From NCBI GenBank assembly GCA_036172245.1, contig JAYWIR010000034.1, forward strand, positions 1,860,001-1,924,000: a stretch of 64,000 bases of DNA, given 5' to 3'. Source of the stretch: Raillietiella orientalis. Taxonomy: Eukaryota. This document shows positions 47,970 through 61,313 of the stretch, one piece after another. Position numbers and translations under genes: made by a program. Positions within the stretch are counted from its first letter, which is position 1. Each line of letters starts with the position of its first letter. The notes under the pieces were generated by a model. That model had not been told where the DNA came from. It searched no databases and was given only the letters and a program-made list of their open reading frames with translations.

Positions 47970-48125
47970 CAATCCTTATTTTATATATATATATATATAT
48001 ACACTCATGCAAAACTGCACCGAAATATATATATATCCTTATTTTATACATACATATATATATAACACTGCAATTAAATAAGGATAATATATATATAATA
48101 TACTCGTGCAAAACTGCATTGAAAT
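47970..48125. repeat. TA-microsatellite-containing local duplication with inverted copy
   Basis: ATCCTTATTTTATA occurs twice (~47972, ~48034) and inverted as AAATAAGGAT (~48076). ACTC(A/G)TGCAAAACTGCA occurs twice (~48003, ~48102). These are separated by (TA)n runs. Confidence 0.7.
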
Positions 48126-48699
48126 AGCACAGTATTTGCGGTTTCGATCTTTTCTGTTACTATGTTGTCTGTCAATTATTTCTGTCTACTTTCTATTATG
48201 TCTTTTCTGCACTTATGTTTCTTCATCTTCTCCAGATGCTTCCTCTGTGAATTCCTAGGAGACCTCAATAGGCTGCACGTTATTGCCGAAATAACTGCAC
48301 GATATCACACCGTAATAATACCATATATACAATAACTACAGAGTATTATTGAAATCAGTTTGTTCTAAGCATTATGAAACTTGTAAATCATTCATGTGCA
48401 GGTCAGAAGTGAAAAGAAAAGACATCGGACGGATATGTTTCCGTTATTTAGCAAATAATATGAAACTTTCGTTTCATAGACAAATCACCATCCCTTAAAA
48501 TCATTTGCAGAATATGCCTTGTAAAATACTAAAATCATAACACTAGCACTATTCGTATCCTTACCGAATGTGCACAATTATGAGGTGCATGTGCTACATA
48601 AAACATTTCATAAAATTAGTATTTTTATTCCATAACATGAATTCAATCCTGGTAAAAAAAAAAAACTGCTAATGAAGTTCCCGACCCCCTTCTCTACTT

Positions 48700-51600
48700 C
48701 TTCCTCTCTCATAAGGGTAGTTTTTTCTTTGATAAAATCAAGCTGCAAGCAAACTTGCTCAACGATTGTTTTGAAACACCTTCTTCAGAAATCTTCACTG
48801 AATTCTCATCGCACTGTCAGATTTCGAATCGGACACGTGTAATGTGGTTTAGAAAGAATATTGCAGCAAAAGTCTGTTTTTAGAAATTTCCTTCTTCAGA
48901 TTTGATGTTTGTTGAGTTTTAATGGGTAACGCGCCTATAATATCAACAAAAAAATGCCTTACTTTTGGCGTATATAGACTTTTTTTGGCCTAAAATCTCT
49001 GGAAGCAAAGTTTTCACGAACATAACAAGGATCAATGTTTTTCCTTATTGAGCAACTAATTAAAATTTAAAAACAAAAACAGTAAACGCTGTTTTTGTTC
49101 TTAAATTTTTAACAAATGAATACCGAAGCAGAAAGTGCTAGGTTTAAAGTTTTTTAATTGACTAAACTAACGAAGCTGAGAAAATCAAAGAAAGAAATCC
49201 AGTTTTTGAATTTAAGACTCATTTGCTCTGGATTATACTCCTAATCTGAGAAATTATCAGAAAATGTCATTCGAGTAGCACGATCATTTTGTGGTGTGGA
49301 GAGTTTGTATGCATTGTTTTTTCTTTTCTATTCTACATTCGGATTTATTTTTAAAAACAAACAAATTTCATGCTATTTGAATTAAACTCATTTCTATACT
49401 AGGAGATGTTAACTCACTAGGCTACCAGTCATACTTTCTTATTTCTTCATTTCATATTAGCCCTTCAATACACAGAAAATGGTTTAGTTTTACCTGCAAT
49501 TCGTATCTAAGGAATAAAGATGTATCTATATGTAATGAATTTACATTTCAATAACTGGCATTTTGTACTCTTTCCCTGATATACTATTTCGTGAAGGTGT
49601 TAGTCGTTTGTTCTTGGTTGTTGTCGCTTTCTGGATAAAGCAGTAGAGTCACAAAATTCTAATTAATAGCTCAGTAACTGCAAAAATTCGTTTGTTTAAT
49701 CAAGATACTTCTTCATATTGGAGTTCTGAGATATTTATTGGGTTTTGTGTGGTCTACTGAGAGAATTCCTGTGAACACATCTCTTTGAGATATTACCATT
49801 AGTAGATGTCTTTCTATCAAATTATATTTCAAAACTGCTGAAGCATAACCAAACTGGAGTATGGTATTAAAGAATGGAATTGCTTTCGCTTAAAGTAGGC
49901 ATCCTTTATGACATTATATCATAGGTAATGCATAGATAAGTAATAGAAAATAACATAAACGGAACTTCCTAATGAACTGAAAATTCAGAATTTCATTAAA
50001 GAATTCTACGTTTCAAAATAAAATGCTGATTTTTCAAAATCAAGTAAAAATATTTTGAATTCATTAAGGAATACAACAGTATCTGAATCGAAAAGCTTGG
50101 CATCGTTTGATTGCTATGTTTTTTTTTTCTTTCTGTGGAACTGTAGAACGGTGATCATCGATTTTCACCAAATCTGTGTTGGTAATCAATGAAAATGAGT
50201 TTTGATGCACTGCAAGCATTTATAGAAGGAAGTTGTACTTCAGTGGCAGTGAGTATAGCAAGGCAATTTTTTTTTCATTTTTGGTTTTAAAATGCAGTCA
50301 AGCAGGGACCAGTTTTCCATGTTTGTTACCAGTGTAGCCTGCATCCATTCATGCATTTTTTCGTGCAGTCGTAGACATGGGAAACATACAGTTTCATTAA
50401 GTTTATTTTTTTTGTGCATGCAGTTTTAAAAATGATGTCTGTGTGAACGGTGAAGAAACTATAAGATCTCATAGTGAGTTTGTACACCGTGTGGTCGGGT
50501 AATAAGTGGTACAGTGTATAGTTGAGTACCTTGAGCGACATTATAGAACTGAAAATGCAAGATTGAATGAAAGTAATGTCGGGATTAACTTCAACTCTAG
50601 AACTTAAAACACATATAAATGCAATTAAATGCTCAAGCCTCGTGTTAGATACAACATGGCTTTTTAAAATCATTTTTGTGGAGCCATCTAAGTAAAGGGT
50701 TGATTGAATCTATGTGGTAGCTTCTTTTAAGCCATATGCAATTAAGCTTTGAGTTTTTGCAGATGTGTTTTAAATAAAACTTAAGGCAGCAAACGTTAGT
50801 TTTTTTCAAAGAATGCTATATTTATGCAGAAGTCAGTCTTCCAAGTATTCAACAAGCATTCAGTTTTGAGTTATCATAAGTGGTCAGTTGATATACACAT
50901 TTTACAGTATGTAATAATACAATTTCTTTTTACAAACATTTTCCGATACTTAATTTAAGAACTAATATTTGATTACTGGAAATAGAAAGTTGTTCTGAAA
51001 GCCTGAATTATAACTATTCTTGGTATGGTTGTTCTGATGCAAGAATTAAATAGTTTCTTTACGTGCATTCTTGACTATCTCATACAGATTCTATTTTTTT
51101 TATAATAATGTGGAAGGTAATTACCATCGATTTTAAACGCATTCGCCCTTCATCAGCCAATTGAGTCACAAGGATTTGTTTTTTTCTTCATATGAAGAGG
51201 CTATGCATAAAGCAGTTGGTAGAATACAGTGAGGAGTAACTAATTTCAAATAGGCATTTTTTGAAAATTTTTATGGTTTTAAGAACGTTCCAGTAATAAG
51301 TAATTACAATCTTTAGGTGAAGTTATACAATTTTTGAAGCACTGTATTTTTTGTACAGTTTTGGCCGTGTACAAAGATTGAATAAATATGTTTGATGATT
51401 GAGCAGCCAGTTCTTCATCTTTAAACTGAAAGAAATAATAATTTCCATTAAGCTCACGTTGCCTTGAACTTTGCAACGTCCTTTAGTAAATGCATGTGAT
51501 CAAATTTATTTTATTCGTTGGGGATGCAGGGAATAGTGAAGTTTTATTTCTTCCATGTAGTTCCATGTAAACTTGGAAAAAAGGCAAAAAATAAGTGAGA

Positions 51601-52836
51601 ATCACCGGATGAGAACAGAATTTACCAAATTGCTTGCGTTCCTCCGTGTAATTGTGTTTTCGCTTGTTTCTTTATTGCTACACATAAATATGAATGCCAC
51701 CTCTGCAAAAGTGTTCTCTCATTCAGGAAATTGATTATGCATTATCTGCTTTACTTTATGATTGCTATAGCATGCTTTGAATGTTCCCATACGCATTTAG
51801 TAGTCATAACTGATAATTGCAAGCTTCAGCCATAGACATATGAAAGCAACAAATCGAGATAATGGTGGTATTCAAATGTTCACCTTTTTTGTTGTTGTTG
51901 TTGTTGTTGTTTTTAGTGCATCTGACTATTAGCGGACATTGCTTTGGTATTATAGTTGCATTTTAAACGAAACTTTGCGAGGTGCATTAAAGTAAAAATT
52001 TAGTAAAAATTTTCTGCTCCCTCCGAAAAAAAGGTAATGGGTAAGGATTTCATGTTGGAAGAAGAAAATGGGAAACTACACAAAAGGGGGGCGGTAGGGT
52101 TCTCAGGCTTGGAAAGAGAGGTGTGTGTCTCGAGGAAGGTTTTCCCCGCTTGGGCGTTCAGCTTCCTGGAAAGTCGAAATTCGCAAACCACAGCAAACCC
52201 ATTCGCTTGTCACAGGAGTACGGAAAGCAGCAATGTGAGAGGAAACATCTCAACTGGCATAAATCACACAATGTTAAAACAAGTAGAATATTGTGTGGAA
52301 GAGAAGGAGGGGAGGGAAGAAAGTTTGGTATATCGTGAAATGTGCACGACCGGCAAAAGATTCGAGGAGTAACCAGGGCCCGCGCCTGTGCCAAGACTGG
52401 AGGTCCGAAGAGTGGGGCTGCAGGAACTTCTGTGGAATCTCCCTTTCCACGATGTATCTTGTGCGAATGGTTTTGCCGTGCGAGTTGGACCAACTTCCCC
52501 TAGCTGGGGAAAAAAAAAAAACCCACGAATCTCGGGAAAAAAATTTGTTCTCACATGGAATGAACAGTCCGTCCTTTCCCCTTCCCGCCTCCCATCGACT
52601 GGATGTTTGGAATGCAAATAACAGACCCAGTCCCTGTTGACTATCCGGGAGACCACATTGCTCATTCCCTGCAAGTGGAACCACAGTAATTTCGAGAGAG
52701 AGAGCTTGGCGGGTATGCCTCGATAAACGGATTCATGCGTGGGTACATCGATGTTTTCATGCTGGGGGCGAATAGGTGAGCTCATGACGCGCGCCCTCTC
52801 ATTTCGAATGCAAGAGGCAGTTTGTCCGTTTTGCAT
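48700..52836 (-). other. Putative unrecognised multi-exon gene in AT-rich DNA
   Basis: Splice-bounded open segments such as KKQILVTQLADEGRMRLKSM|gtaatt (~51125-51185), FKDEELAAQSSNIFIQSLYTAKTVQK (~51310-51426), KATTTKNKRLTPSRNSISGKEYKMPVIE|gtaaat (~49545-49630) and CDENSVKISEEGVSKQ...PL* (~48710-48813). No complete model. Confidence 0.25.
51890..51911. repeat. (GTT)n microsatellite
   Basis: Direct reading: tgttgttgttgttgttgttgtt. Confidence 0.9.
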
Positions 52837-54615
52837 TCCAACGAATCCGCTTGGGAACAGCCTCGGAACGACTTGGAAACCTCGGTCGCCCTATGAGTAC
52901 CTCATACTTTTGTGGGAGACAGCGTTTCTTCAAGGATCTGCCACAAAAAAAGGAAAGAAAGAAGCGCTTCGAGGAGCTGCTTGCTTCGTATTTGAGTTTT
53001 TATTTCTTATAATTGCCAGTATTTTCCTGATGAGTAGTGGATGCGTGGAACAATTGCAAAGAGCAAGAACTCGAAGAAGTCTAGTAAGAGGATTTTCAGA
53101 GCGAAATTCTAGGTGTCGGTCGTGGAGTTTTTCAGTTAATGCGACTGGAAGACAACAGCACATTAATATCATCGAATAGCTGTAGGCAACCAAAGTAGCA
53201 TTCATGGAATTTCAAATAAGCCAGCGAGTAGGGTGGACGGAAAGAAGTAGAGATCTGCAGGGTCGGTTTCTGGGACAAGTAGCCCGAAATTATACGGAAG
53301 CGTATCAAAATAGAAACCCCGACGCCTTCCTCCGAGTAACGTGGTCAGTGCAGCTTGCACGTCGGTGCTCCGTCTTCGTCGTGACTAACTTTTGGATTCA
53401 GGAATACTGGGATCATCGACAGGCTTGGCAGGTGCAGGGGCTGCCCCTGTTTAAAGTGCGATTTAGCTCACTACAGGCGTCCTCGTAGCATGACGTTTGG
53501 ATTCGTTGGACCATAGGCAGGAGGGCAAACTCGGGAATTCGAAAGCAAATGACGAAAGAGGCGAAACGAAAGAAAACACGAAAGAGAGGGCGAAGATTAC
53601 ACACTCTCGATTTTCTGACTCGAACACGGGAACTTCGCTAGGTGCACCGCGTTATCGTTACGCCCAGCACCTGACGACAGCAACCTGATACGATCAGGTG
53701 TCAGTCATCAATTGCTCTATGTAGGTCGCGGCTTGGTTGTGTAGTCGGTACGACGGCTTTATGCATTCACATGCGGTATTTATCGAGTTCATCCGCTCTT
53801 TCTTACCCTATTTCTGTGATGCTGTCTGGGCATTGCGTATGGCAATAGGAGTCGCGCGTCTGAGCGAGTGCGCATTTCCAAGTCGCGAGAAGCGGAAACC
53901 ACGGAAGGACGACCGTCCTAGAGCGCGGGAGAGGAACACGCGATTCCTGGGCACTGAGTGGTTCCTTACCCGATTCGGCCTGGGCGTGCCACCGTTTCAT
54001 CCGTTCCACGACAGAAGATTGGACGGCGCTTTGGTAGGAAGGACCTCTCTCGTGCCAGTCTCCGGTTCACCACTTTTCTGATCTCCATATCGGGTTGGAC
54101 GCGCACCAACCAAACGCCTCTGACCAATCTGGGCGTGCCTTTTGATCCCCAGCGTGCCGCTGGCGCCAAAAAATGAAACAAAAAAAACGAAGAAAAAAAA
54201 CCATCTGCTTTTCATGTACCTTACGGTTGGCTCTGCGTGCGACAGCTTGCGGTCACCCACGGCATGCGAGTCCGCATTGGGTTGCGTTCTGCGTGAGATC
54301 AATAGACAGATCTTTGCAAGGAGAAGAGGAAGCTGGGGAGTACTCGATCACGCAGATAAAGCGATCGGAGGCTTCTCTACGAGGGAGCAGTGTTCTCCGC
54401 CGGGAAGTGAACTCTGTGATGCTCTCCGGACGACCGAACATTGTGAAGCTTGCGATCTCAGTTGGCGTTCCCCGTGCAGTGCGAGGACGCTCGCTGTAAG
54501 GGCGCGGGATGATCTCTTGCGTGCTGCACCGCGAACGATGGTGGGCGGCTCTGCGCCGCGATTCGCGGAGCCGTTTGCACCAAAGTGTGGTGGTGCATGG
54601 GAACGAACCTTCCAG

Positions 54616-54945
54616 GATGAGTTCGCGCTTCTGGAGAAGATGAATGAAGTCGTGCACGAGAAGTACTCGCTGATGAGGACGGTGGTGGGGAACATCGCCA
54701 GTGGCATGGATCTGGTCAACAGCCGATGTACGTGGGAAAGCGGCAAGCGAGCGGGCAGACAGGAACGGGTGCAGCGCTCATGCAGCAGCGTCCCGTCTGT
54801 TTCAGATGAGAGGCTGGCCCCGTTCGCGCACAGAGTGGACGAAATGCTCGAAACCCTCACGGTTTTGGAAAAGAAGGTCAGCGAGCTCGACCTGCGCACG
54901 CAGAGACTGGAGATGAAGTTCAGAACCCTCAAGCACGACGAGTAG
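54616..54945 (+). CDS. BLOC1S2: BLOC-1 subunit 2-like coiled-coil protein (3' exons; 5' part unresolved)
   Basis: Exons 54616-54727 and 54806-54945 (phase-1 intron gtacgt...tttcag). They give DEFALLEKMNEVVHEKYSLMRTVVGNIASGMDLVNSRYERLAPFAHRVDEMLETLTVLEKKVSELDLRTQRLEMKFRTLKHDE*, collinear with the BLOS2 pattern (DYxLLExMN...KYxxM...LN.KY..L.PY...LE......LD.....LE.K). Confidence 0.8.
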   Translation, partial: DEFALLEKMNEVVHEKYSLMRTVVGNIASGMDLVNSRCTWESGKRAGRQERVQRSCSSVPSVSDERLAPFAHRVDEMLETLTVLEKKVSELDLRTQRLEMKFRTLKHDE

Positions 54946-56556
54946 CGGTCAAGCGAGAAGGCAGACGGGCGAGGGTCCCAGCACGGAATACGGGAAGGAG
55001 TGGCGGGCGAGGGGAAGGAACTCCTTTCCCTGGTTTTCCCCACTCCCTTCCCCCAGAAGAAACGAGGAAGCTTACCGATTTCACCGATGCTGCTGCACAG
55101 CGATATGAAAGAAAAGAATAGAAAAAAACGGTGAGGTGGGGAGGAGAAACCCTACAAGGCTTCCGCAATAAAAAAAAGGACTCTGTCCGCGCAGTACCAC
55201 TGAAGAGAATCTTCAGATCGCACCTCCCCTTTCTTACCCTCGGAATGTTCGAACTCCCTCTTCTCTCCTCAGCACCTTTTTCTTGTCTCGTCTTGGAACG
55301 TCTTCCTCCGTCCCCTCTCCCCGATGAAGTTGCAGGACTGCGCAAATGAAGTGAAGCAGACAGCCATTACAACTCGAAAAATTTTCCCAAGATGAGGCTG
55401 CTGCCTCCTCTGCATTTCCGTGCGCACGGGGCACGCCCAGACGCACGCGATATTCGGCAGATCGGCCCCTCCCCAGCCATTCGGGGTTCCACCGGCGGGG
55501 AGCAGGGGTCGTCGAGCCCTTTCAGCCCGGTCCCATCAGCCATCCACGGTCGGCTGGTTGCTGCCACCCTCCCAAAGTTTGTCTGTGGCAAACTCGTTTC
55601 GTTCCTCCAAGGACGCTCTGGAGGATTCCTGAACGTTCAGCGGAACGGGGACTCCCCATTGCAGAGGGAGGCCCTCGGACGCGTCCCCTGTCGTCACAGC
55701 TGCGCGCGCACGCCCGGCTTCGCCGTGCTTCTCGGGACGTCGACGAGCATCGACGCAGCGGGAGCAACATGGCGCCGCACCTGGAAACCGAAAAGGATCA
55801 CGTTCCGCGTTTCTTCTCGGAGGAGTTTCCCGAATCGACGGGGGATCCTGCCCTGCTGCACCGCCCTGGCTGCCAGGAAGAGCCGATATGCATCGGCAGC
55901 GCTGGTACGCCTGAACTTTTGCTCACGCACCCTTCCGATTCCCTTGACAAGCCCTCGCCAGTGCTCGGACCACGGGCACGTCCGTTGCGTTTTGTTTCTT
56001 ACCACCGACCATCCTGACCAAGGTCTCTCTGTCTCCACACTCGCCGGAAAGAGTGGAGCCGTTTTGCTCGAGTCGAAGGACGGGAACGGCACGAAATTCA
56101 GCCGGGAAGAAAGCGGTCGCTGTCCGCAGGCGGGCCCGAAGGAGAATGCCGAAAGAAGCGATTTCGACGCGCGGAGCGGCAGTTTGTCAGTTCCGCGCGC
56201 AGAACGTCTCTCGTCCACTGCTGGCTCCTCATGGTGCGACGCGCGGAAAATAGGTCTGATGCCCAGTCCGCGCAGGAATACTGGCGCACCACGCGGCTGC
56301 GTGTTCCCTGCTCAGGATGACGGATGTGCGGCTTCCGCAGCGGGATTTCGTCTCTACTATCCCAAGTAGAGTAGGAAGGACCAGGCTAGACGAAGGGAAA
56401 GGCCTCTCTTAATGAAAATGCGGCGTCAGGGGCTCTAGCTGATGGGTTCTTTTTCATCCCATCCAAATCCTGTTTATCTCATCAGCAAAGGATCCAGTTG
56501 AGAAGATGAAGGCCTCCCATGTGTTTAAAATGGGTGCGCTCTTTTGGCATGCGCCA

Positions 56557-58150
56557 TCAGTAAAATTTAAGCAGCGCGATTCGTGCATGCGGATTTTCAG
56601 CGCAACGGGAAAACTCAGGATTCTCAGGAGTGCCAGATTCCAGTTTATCCCGTTGTACCCCAAGGTGTGCTTCGCAAACAGTAGTGCTTATCCAAGAGTT
56701 TTGATAATCAGAGGAACCATAATTTAGCTGACCAAGAATAAAATGAAATTGTCAAAGTTGTGGATCCCACTGTAGATCTGGGCAAAGTGAACAACAGTCA
56801 GCGTGTGAAGTCAGTTCTTTCTTTTTTTCAAAAACCCCTACACATATATTACAAAACCCGTATTGAAGTTTATCTGTCAGTCAGCACAGGAAAACGGCAG
56901 AAGTAGCGAGCTTGCAAAAAATGCTTTTTGCAGTCTATAAAGATTCAGTAATTTCATATTAATGACTAAACGACTGGATCCAAACAAGAGATTCCGTAGT
57001 GAACCACGAATAAAGCATTCTGGCTTCTCACCCACATCAGGGGGATCCTCCTGTACGGACGAGGTATACATAAAATCAATTTACCACAAAACAACAACAC
57101 AGTGAGCAGCTTTTGATGTATTACATTACATGGAAAGCTAAGATCTTAACGAGCAACCGAAACGACGCAATGGTGGTGGCTCAAGACCGCGCGCGTAAGT
57201 GGATGGGCGCGCGTCCGTTCCGATGGACGCCGAAGGGGAAAAAGGCATTCTCCCCGCATCCGATGGAAATAGAATGCATGGAAACAACCGTATAAAGTAT
57301 GCACGCGAGTGCCGAAATCTTCAAAACTTCTCCTGAGTTTCAATGGAATTCTCAGTGAGACTCGCGTTCATCCCAGCAATCAATTAATGAAAAGTTTCGG
57401 GAGTGTTGGCTTAGAGTAACCATAATCCTCTATTCAGGGAAAATGGATGAACATGTATTCATCGTGAACCAGAATGCACGGTTGCTCCCCATTCATCAGT
57501 TCCCTTGTTTATGCCTCTTAATGCGTCACGGGATCGGCCATCAATCTGCATCAGAACGGCAAAGGGGATCCGATGTGGGATCTTCTGCTCGGAATCGCAT
57601 CCTCTAACTTGTGGATAATCGGCACTGGACTTTCTTCTTCGTGTGGACAGGGTTTCGTCATCGCGGACGATGAGTCCCTCCGGATCTTCCAGAGTACGCT
57701 CACGATCTCTTTCGGAAATGGAGAGTCCTTCGCAGAGAGCACGGGACCCGCCCTCTCTCCGAACCGCTCCCTTCAGCATTTGTGAAACAGCGACCTCGTG
57801 CCACCCCGTTTTCGGTGGCAGGTCAGCAAAATTTCCCACTTCGCTGTGACAAGCCTCTCAATGCGCCACGAATTTCAATCCAATCTCCATCAGAGGCGCA
57901 CTTTACCGAGTAGCCTTATGGATGCATAAACTCTTGCCCGTTGAATTACATTAGAACTCACCGTTGAATTTGGCCTAACTGGTTCACTGCAGGATTCTTT
58001 CTATTACACGCATCTTCCTTTGAGGAGGGAGATTCCCTGCCAGATTCTCTTCAGCTTCTCGTACCGACAGGGATCCTCCTTATCTTTTCCTGTCCGCATG
58101 CGGAAAGGCGTGTGCAGTTGGAGTGACTCGCACTACGTGCTCACCGCAAC
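56557..58150 (-). other. Putative unrecognised small-exon gene(s)
   Basis: Phase-compatible segments MRTGKDKEDPCR (~58065-58099) and EPVRPNST|gtgagt (~57962-57986). A terminal-exon-like segment 56727-56557 after ttggtcag encodes LNYGSSDYQNSWISTTVCEAHLGVQRDKLESGTPENPEFSRCAENPHARIALLKFY*. No family recognised. Confidence 0.25.
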
Positions 58151-60582
58151 CTGCAAGAGGAGAACCTGACGCTGTTCCCCCTCCCCCCTCCCCTTCTTAT
58201 TCTAGATGTCCGTGTTCTCTCACATTAGTTATGCATTAGCAGTTTCAAAGGACACTAAGAATTTTCTCTTTCAGATTCCCGGGATGGTGTTATGATGTAG
58301 AGGTGCCGTTCTCATCAGTGGCATCGCGCTTCATGGAAATACCCAAAAGTTTGCTCACTGTACGTCTCTCAAAGACAGGCTTCTCAGATAAAGTCCATTC
58401 GGATCGCAACAGTTCGGCAACAGACGTTTTTGCTCCTTAAACCACAAAATGTTCACATCTAGAAGTGGCAAAGATTGAAATCAATTTGGTAATTTGTTTC
58501 GATGCAAACCCACTTTAACAAATACACCATTGGTTTTTGAGCATTTCCTTTCCGGTTTCTGTAAAAGGAAACATGGAACAATTTTCGTTTTCGATTTTTT
58601 TCTTTGTACAGCAGTTGATCATTTCTTGCAAAACGAATTGATCATACAAGTACCTCTTCGTATTAACGGCACATGAGCATTCCATTATTTCAATTATATC
58701 TAAGAAAAATTTTTCTGTCATAGTCATCGAGGCTGTTTTCAGATGTTATAGTCCTGAGTTAATGAAACAAATACCATTTGTAATGCTACTTCTTGCCGTT
58801 CCCTTCCGTTCCAGCTTTTCAGATCCAAAGTGTCTTACTCCGTGACTCTCCGTATTTCTAAATCTTTATAAATTATCCACAGTCGTTCACATTGAGCCTT
58901 CTACAAAGTGGTCCTCTCTTAAAAATAGTTCAATAGAATTTTCAACGAAATAATAAGAGCTCTGCAATAAAGATAGATTAAGAAAAAATAACACAAAAAA
59001 ATAAAAGAGCGAAACAGATTTTTTTTTTTTTTTAAATAGTATTTTAAAAGAATTATCGTTCATTAAATACATGAATTTTTAGTCATCCAACAATGAACAC
59101 TGATCTTTTGAATGATCGAAATAAAAAAAAAAAAACATTTAGGTAATAAAAGGTGTGTGTCCACTACGTGCATGACATCTGCCATAAATACCTAATACAC
59201 ATGAAGTGTACTCGCATCTGCTCCACGAAATGGGAGTTGTGTGCATTTATCAATAGGGACACACAAAATGTGGCTCAGTCTTTTTGTACAAAATAAAATA
59301 TACACGGAATAAACTGACACTTTATCCCGATATATATACATATATACATGGCTGTACAGATAATTTGCATACATACTTATGACTTATTTGCAATATGCGT
59401 GGTGTGTGAATCCGACAGATAAACACAATGAAAACAGCACCGGAAACTCAAAAACACACAATAGAGAAGCATCTTAGCTAAGCTTGTGTAGCGAAGCATG
59501 CAGAAGATGCTCATGTAACAACAAATTTCATTGAGACGGTGGCACCGGATCATTGAACACTTTTTTAGAGAAACAGCGCGTTAATTATGTGTAGATAAAT
59601 GCCAAAATAAGGCGAGAAAAAAAATGTAACGTTTGTTTAGTAATCTCGCATTTATTAATTGTGCATTGCAATCGGTGTCTTCTTGTCAGTTATTTGTTGA
59701 TACTGATGGAATCCATGAATAAACGATTCAAGTGTCTTATGGAATATGTATAAAATTTGGTGAATACCGCATTCTTGCATAGTACGAACAAAAAAGCTGT
59801 TTCCGCTCTGAACGGCCATAGCTCACTCTGTAGCTTTTCTGTTTTCCCAACAGAATTCTTGGAAACTTCAAATTGAGAGCATTTAATTGGAAATGTCTTT
59901 TTAATGAGAATACAGCCGCTTAGGAGATCAGTGTATTGAAAAATTCACGATCATTGAAATGTTAGGCTGAAACTATAGGTTGTCTTTAAGATTATAATGT
60001 TTTGTCATCGGTATCATTCTAATAATTACTACATGTGTCCAGTCATCTTAGCTATTCACGAGCTGGTACTCTGCAGTAACTCTGAGGTTCATTTCGAAGA
60101 GATTAAATGGAAGCACTTCCGCAAATTGGAAAAGTATTAAGTAAAACCGAATTGTATACGGTGCTGCTTATTGTTTGGTCTGTTTTCTTCTAGACAACTG
60201 CCAGGGTTTGCTGAGCTTTTCCGATATGGATCCAAATCAAAATCCAGACCCGTATCAGAAAAACTCCGTAAATTTGGATTCAACTCTTTTGATTGAAAAC
60301 TCAGCTTGATGATAGGGATGATTTTTTTTTTTTTTTAATATGCTTGTCGATAATATTCAAATAGTAATAAGTAACTGATATGTGATTGATGATTAGCAAG
60401 ATTATATGGACAGGTATTTGATTTTTCTCAATTTTTTTTCGACGTTAACAATTTGATCATCAACAGCTACTAGTTAAACGACGCGGGAATTTCCGCCTTG
60501 GCACCCCTTATCGGGTTTTGCTTCGGCACGCTGCGCGTGGTATTTGGAAACAAGTTCTTCAAACAGAAAACACAATTTCGTC

Positions 60583-61303
60583 ATGAGTAAGGCACATCCT
60601 CCAGAATTAAAGAAGTAGGTGTCACTTTCCCTTTCTTTTTCAGAATGCATGAAACTATCCCCATTGATTTCCTTATTGAATGTATTTTAAGGATTTCATT
60701 GATATTAACAAGTAGTTAAGCAACCGGTAAATATAGTCTGTACCCGGTTTGCATCATGTTAATGTTCGAAGTTCTTAAATAGAAGAATTTGAAATTTGTT
60801 GTGGATACGTTCGCAGTATTTTGATACTATACGCACATGTTTAGAAATTTCTCAGTCGCAATTTCAATTAAAAAGTTTTTGTAAACTAACATGCGCCTTC
60901 GAGTGGCAAGTTTTTCAATTCAGTTTTTTTTTTTTTTTTTCCAGATTTATGGACAAGCGAATATCATGTGAGTACTTGAATGCTATCAGCAGTTCTTAAT
61001 GTTAATATTACAATGAAATGTCAAATGTAAATTAATAATCTATGTTGGACAATTTAAGATTTTTACTCTGTGTAGTAAAGCTCAATGGTGGGAGAATAAT
61101 TATTGGCATATTAAGAGGCTTTGACCCCTTTATGAACATGGTACTGGATGAAACCATTGAAGAGATAAAAGGAGGAGGGAGAAATGCAGTTGGAATGACT
61201 GTAATGTTTTGTTTTTTACATGAATGGGAACTTCAGAATCTGATTTCAGGTTGTGAGAGGTAACAGCATCATTATGATGGAAGCACTTGAACGGATAGGA
61301 TGA
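60583..61303 (+). CDS. SNRPG: Small nuclear ribonucleoprotein G (SmG), 77 aa
   Basis: Exons 60583-60614, 60945-60967, 61076-61200 and 61250-61303. They give [77 protein letters not shown], with Sm1 and Sm2 motifs intact. Confidence 0.98.
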
Positions 61304-61307
61304 TTTC

Positions 61308-61313
61308 AATAAA
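61308..61313 (+). terminator. Polyadenylation signal of SNRPG
   Basis: AATAAA 4 nt after the stop codon. A further copy lies near 61509. Confidence 0.55.

Noticed and set aside
47722..48111. 129-aa minus-strand ORF just upstream of TRAPPC2
   Set aside because: It starts in TA-repeat sequence and crosses the CpG-rich promoter/5' UTR, so it is better explained as non-coding leader.
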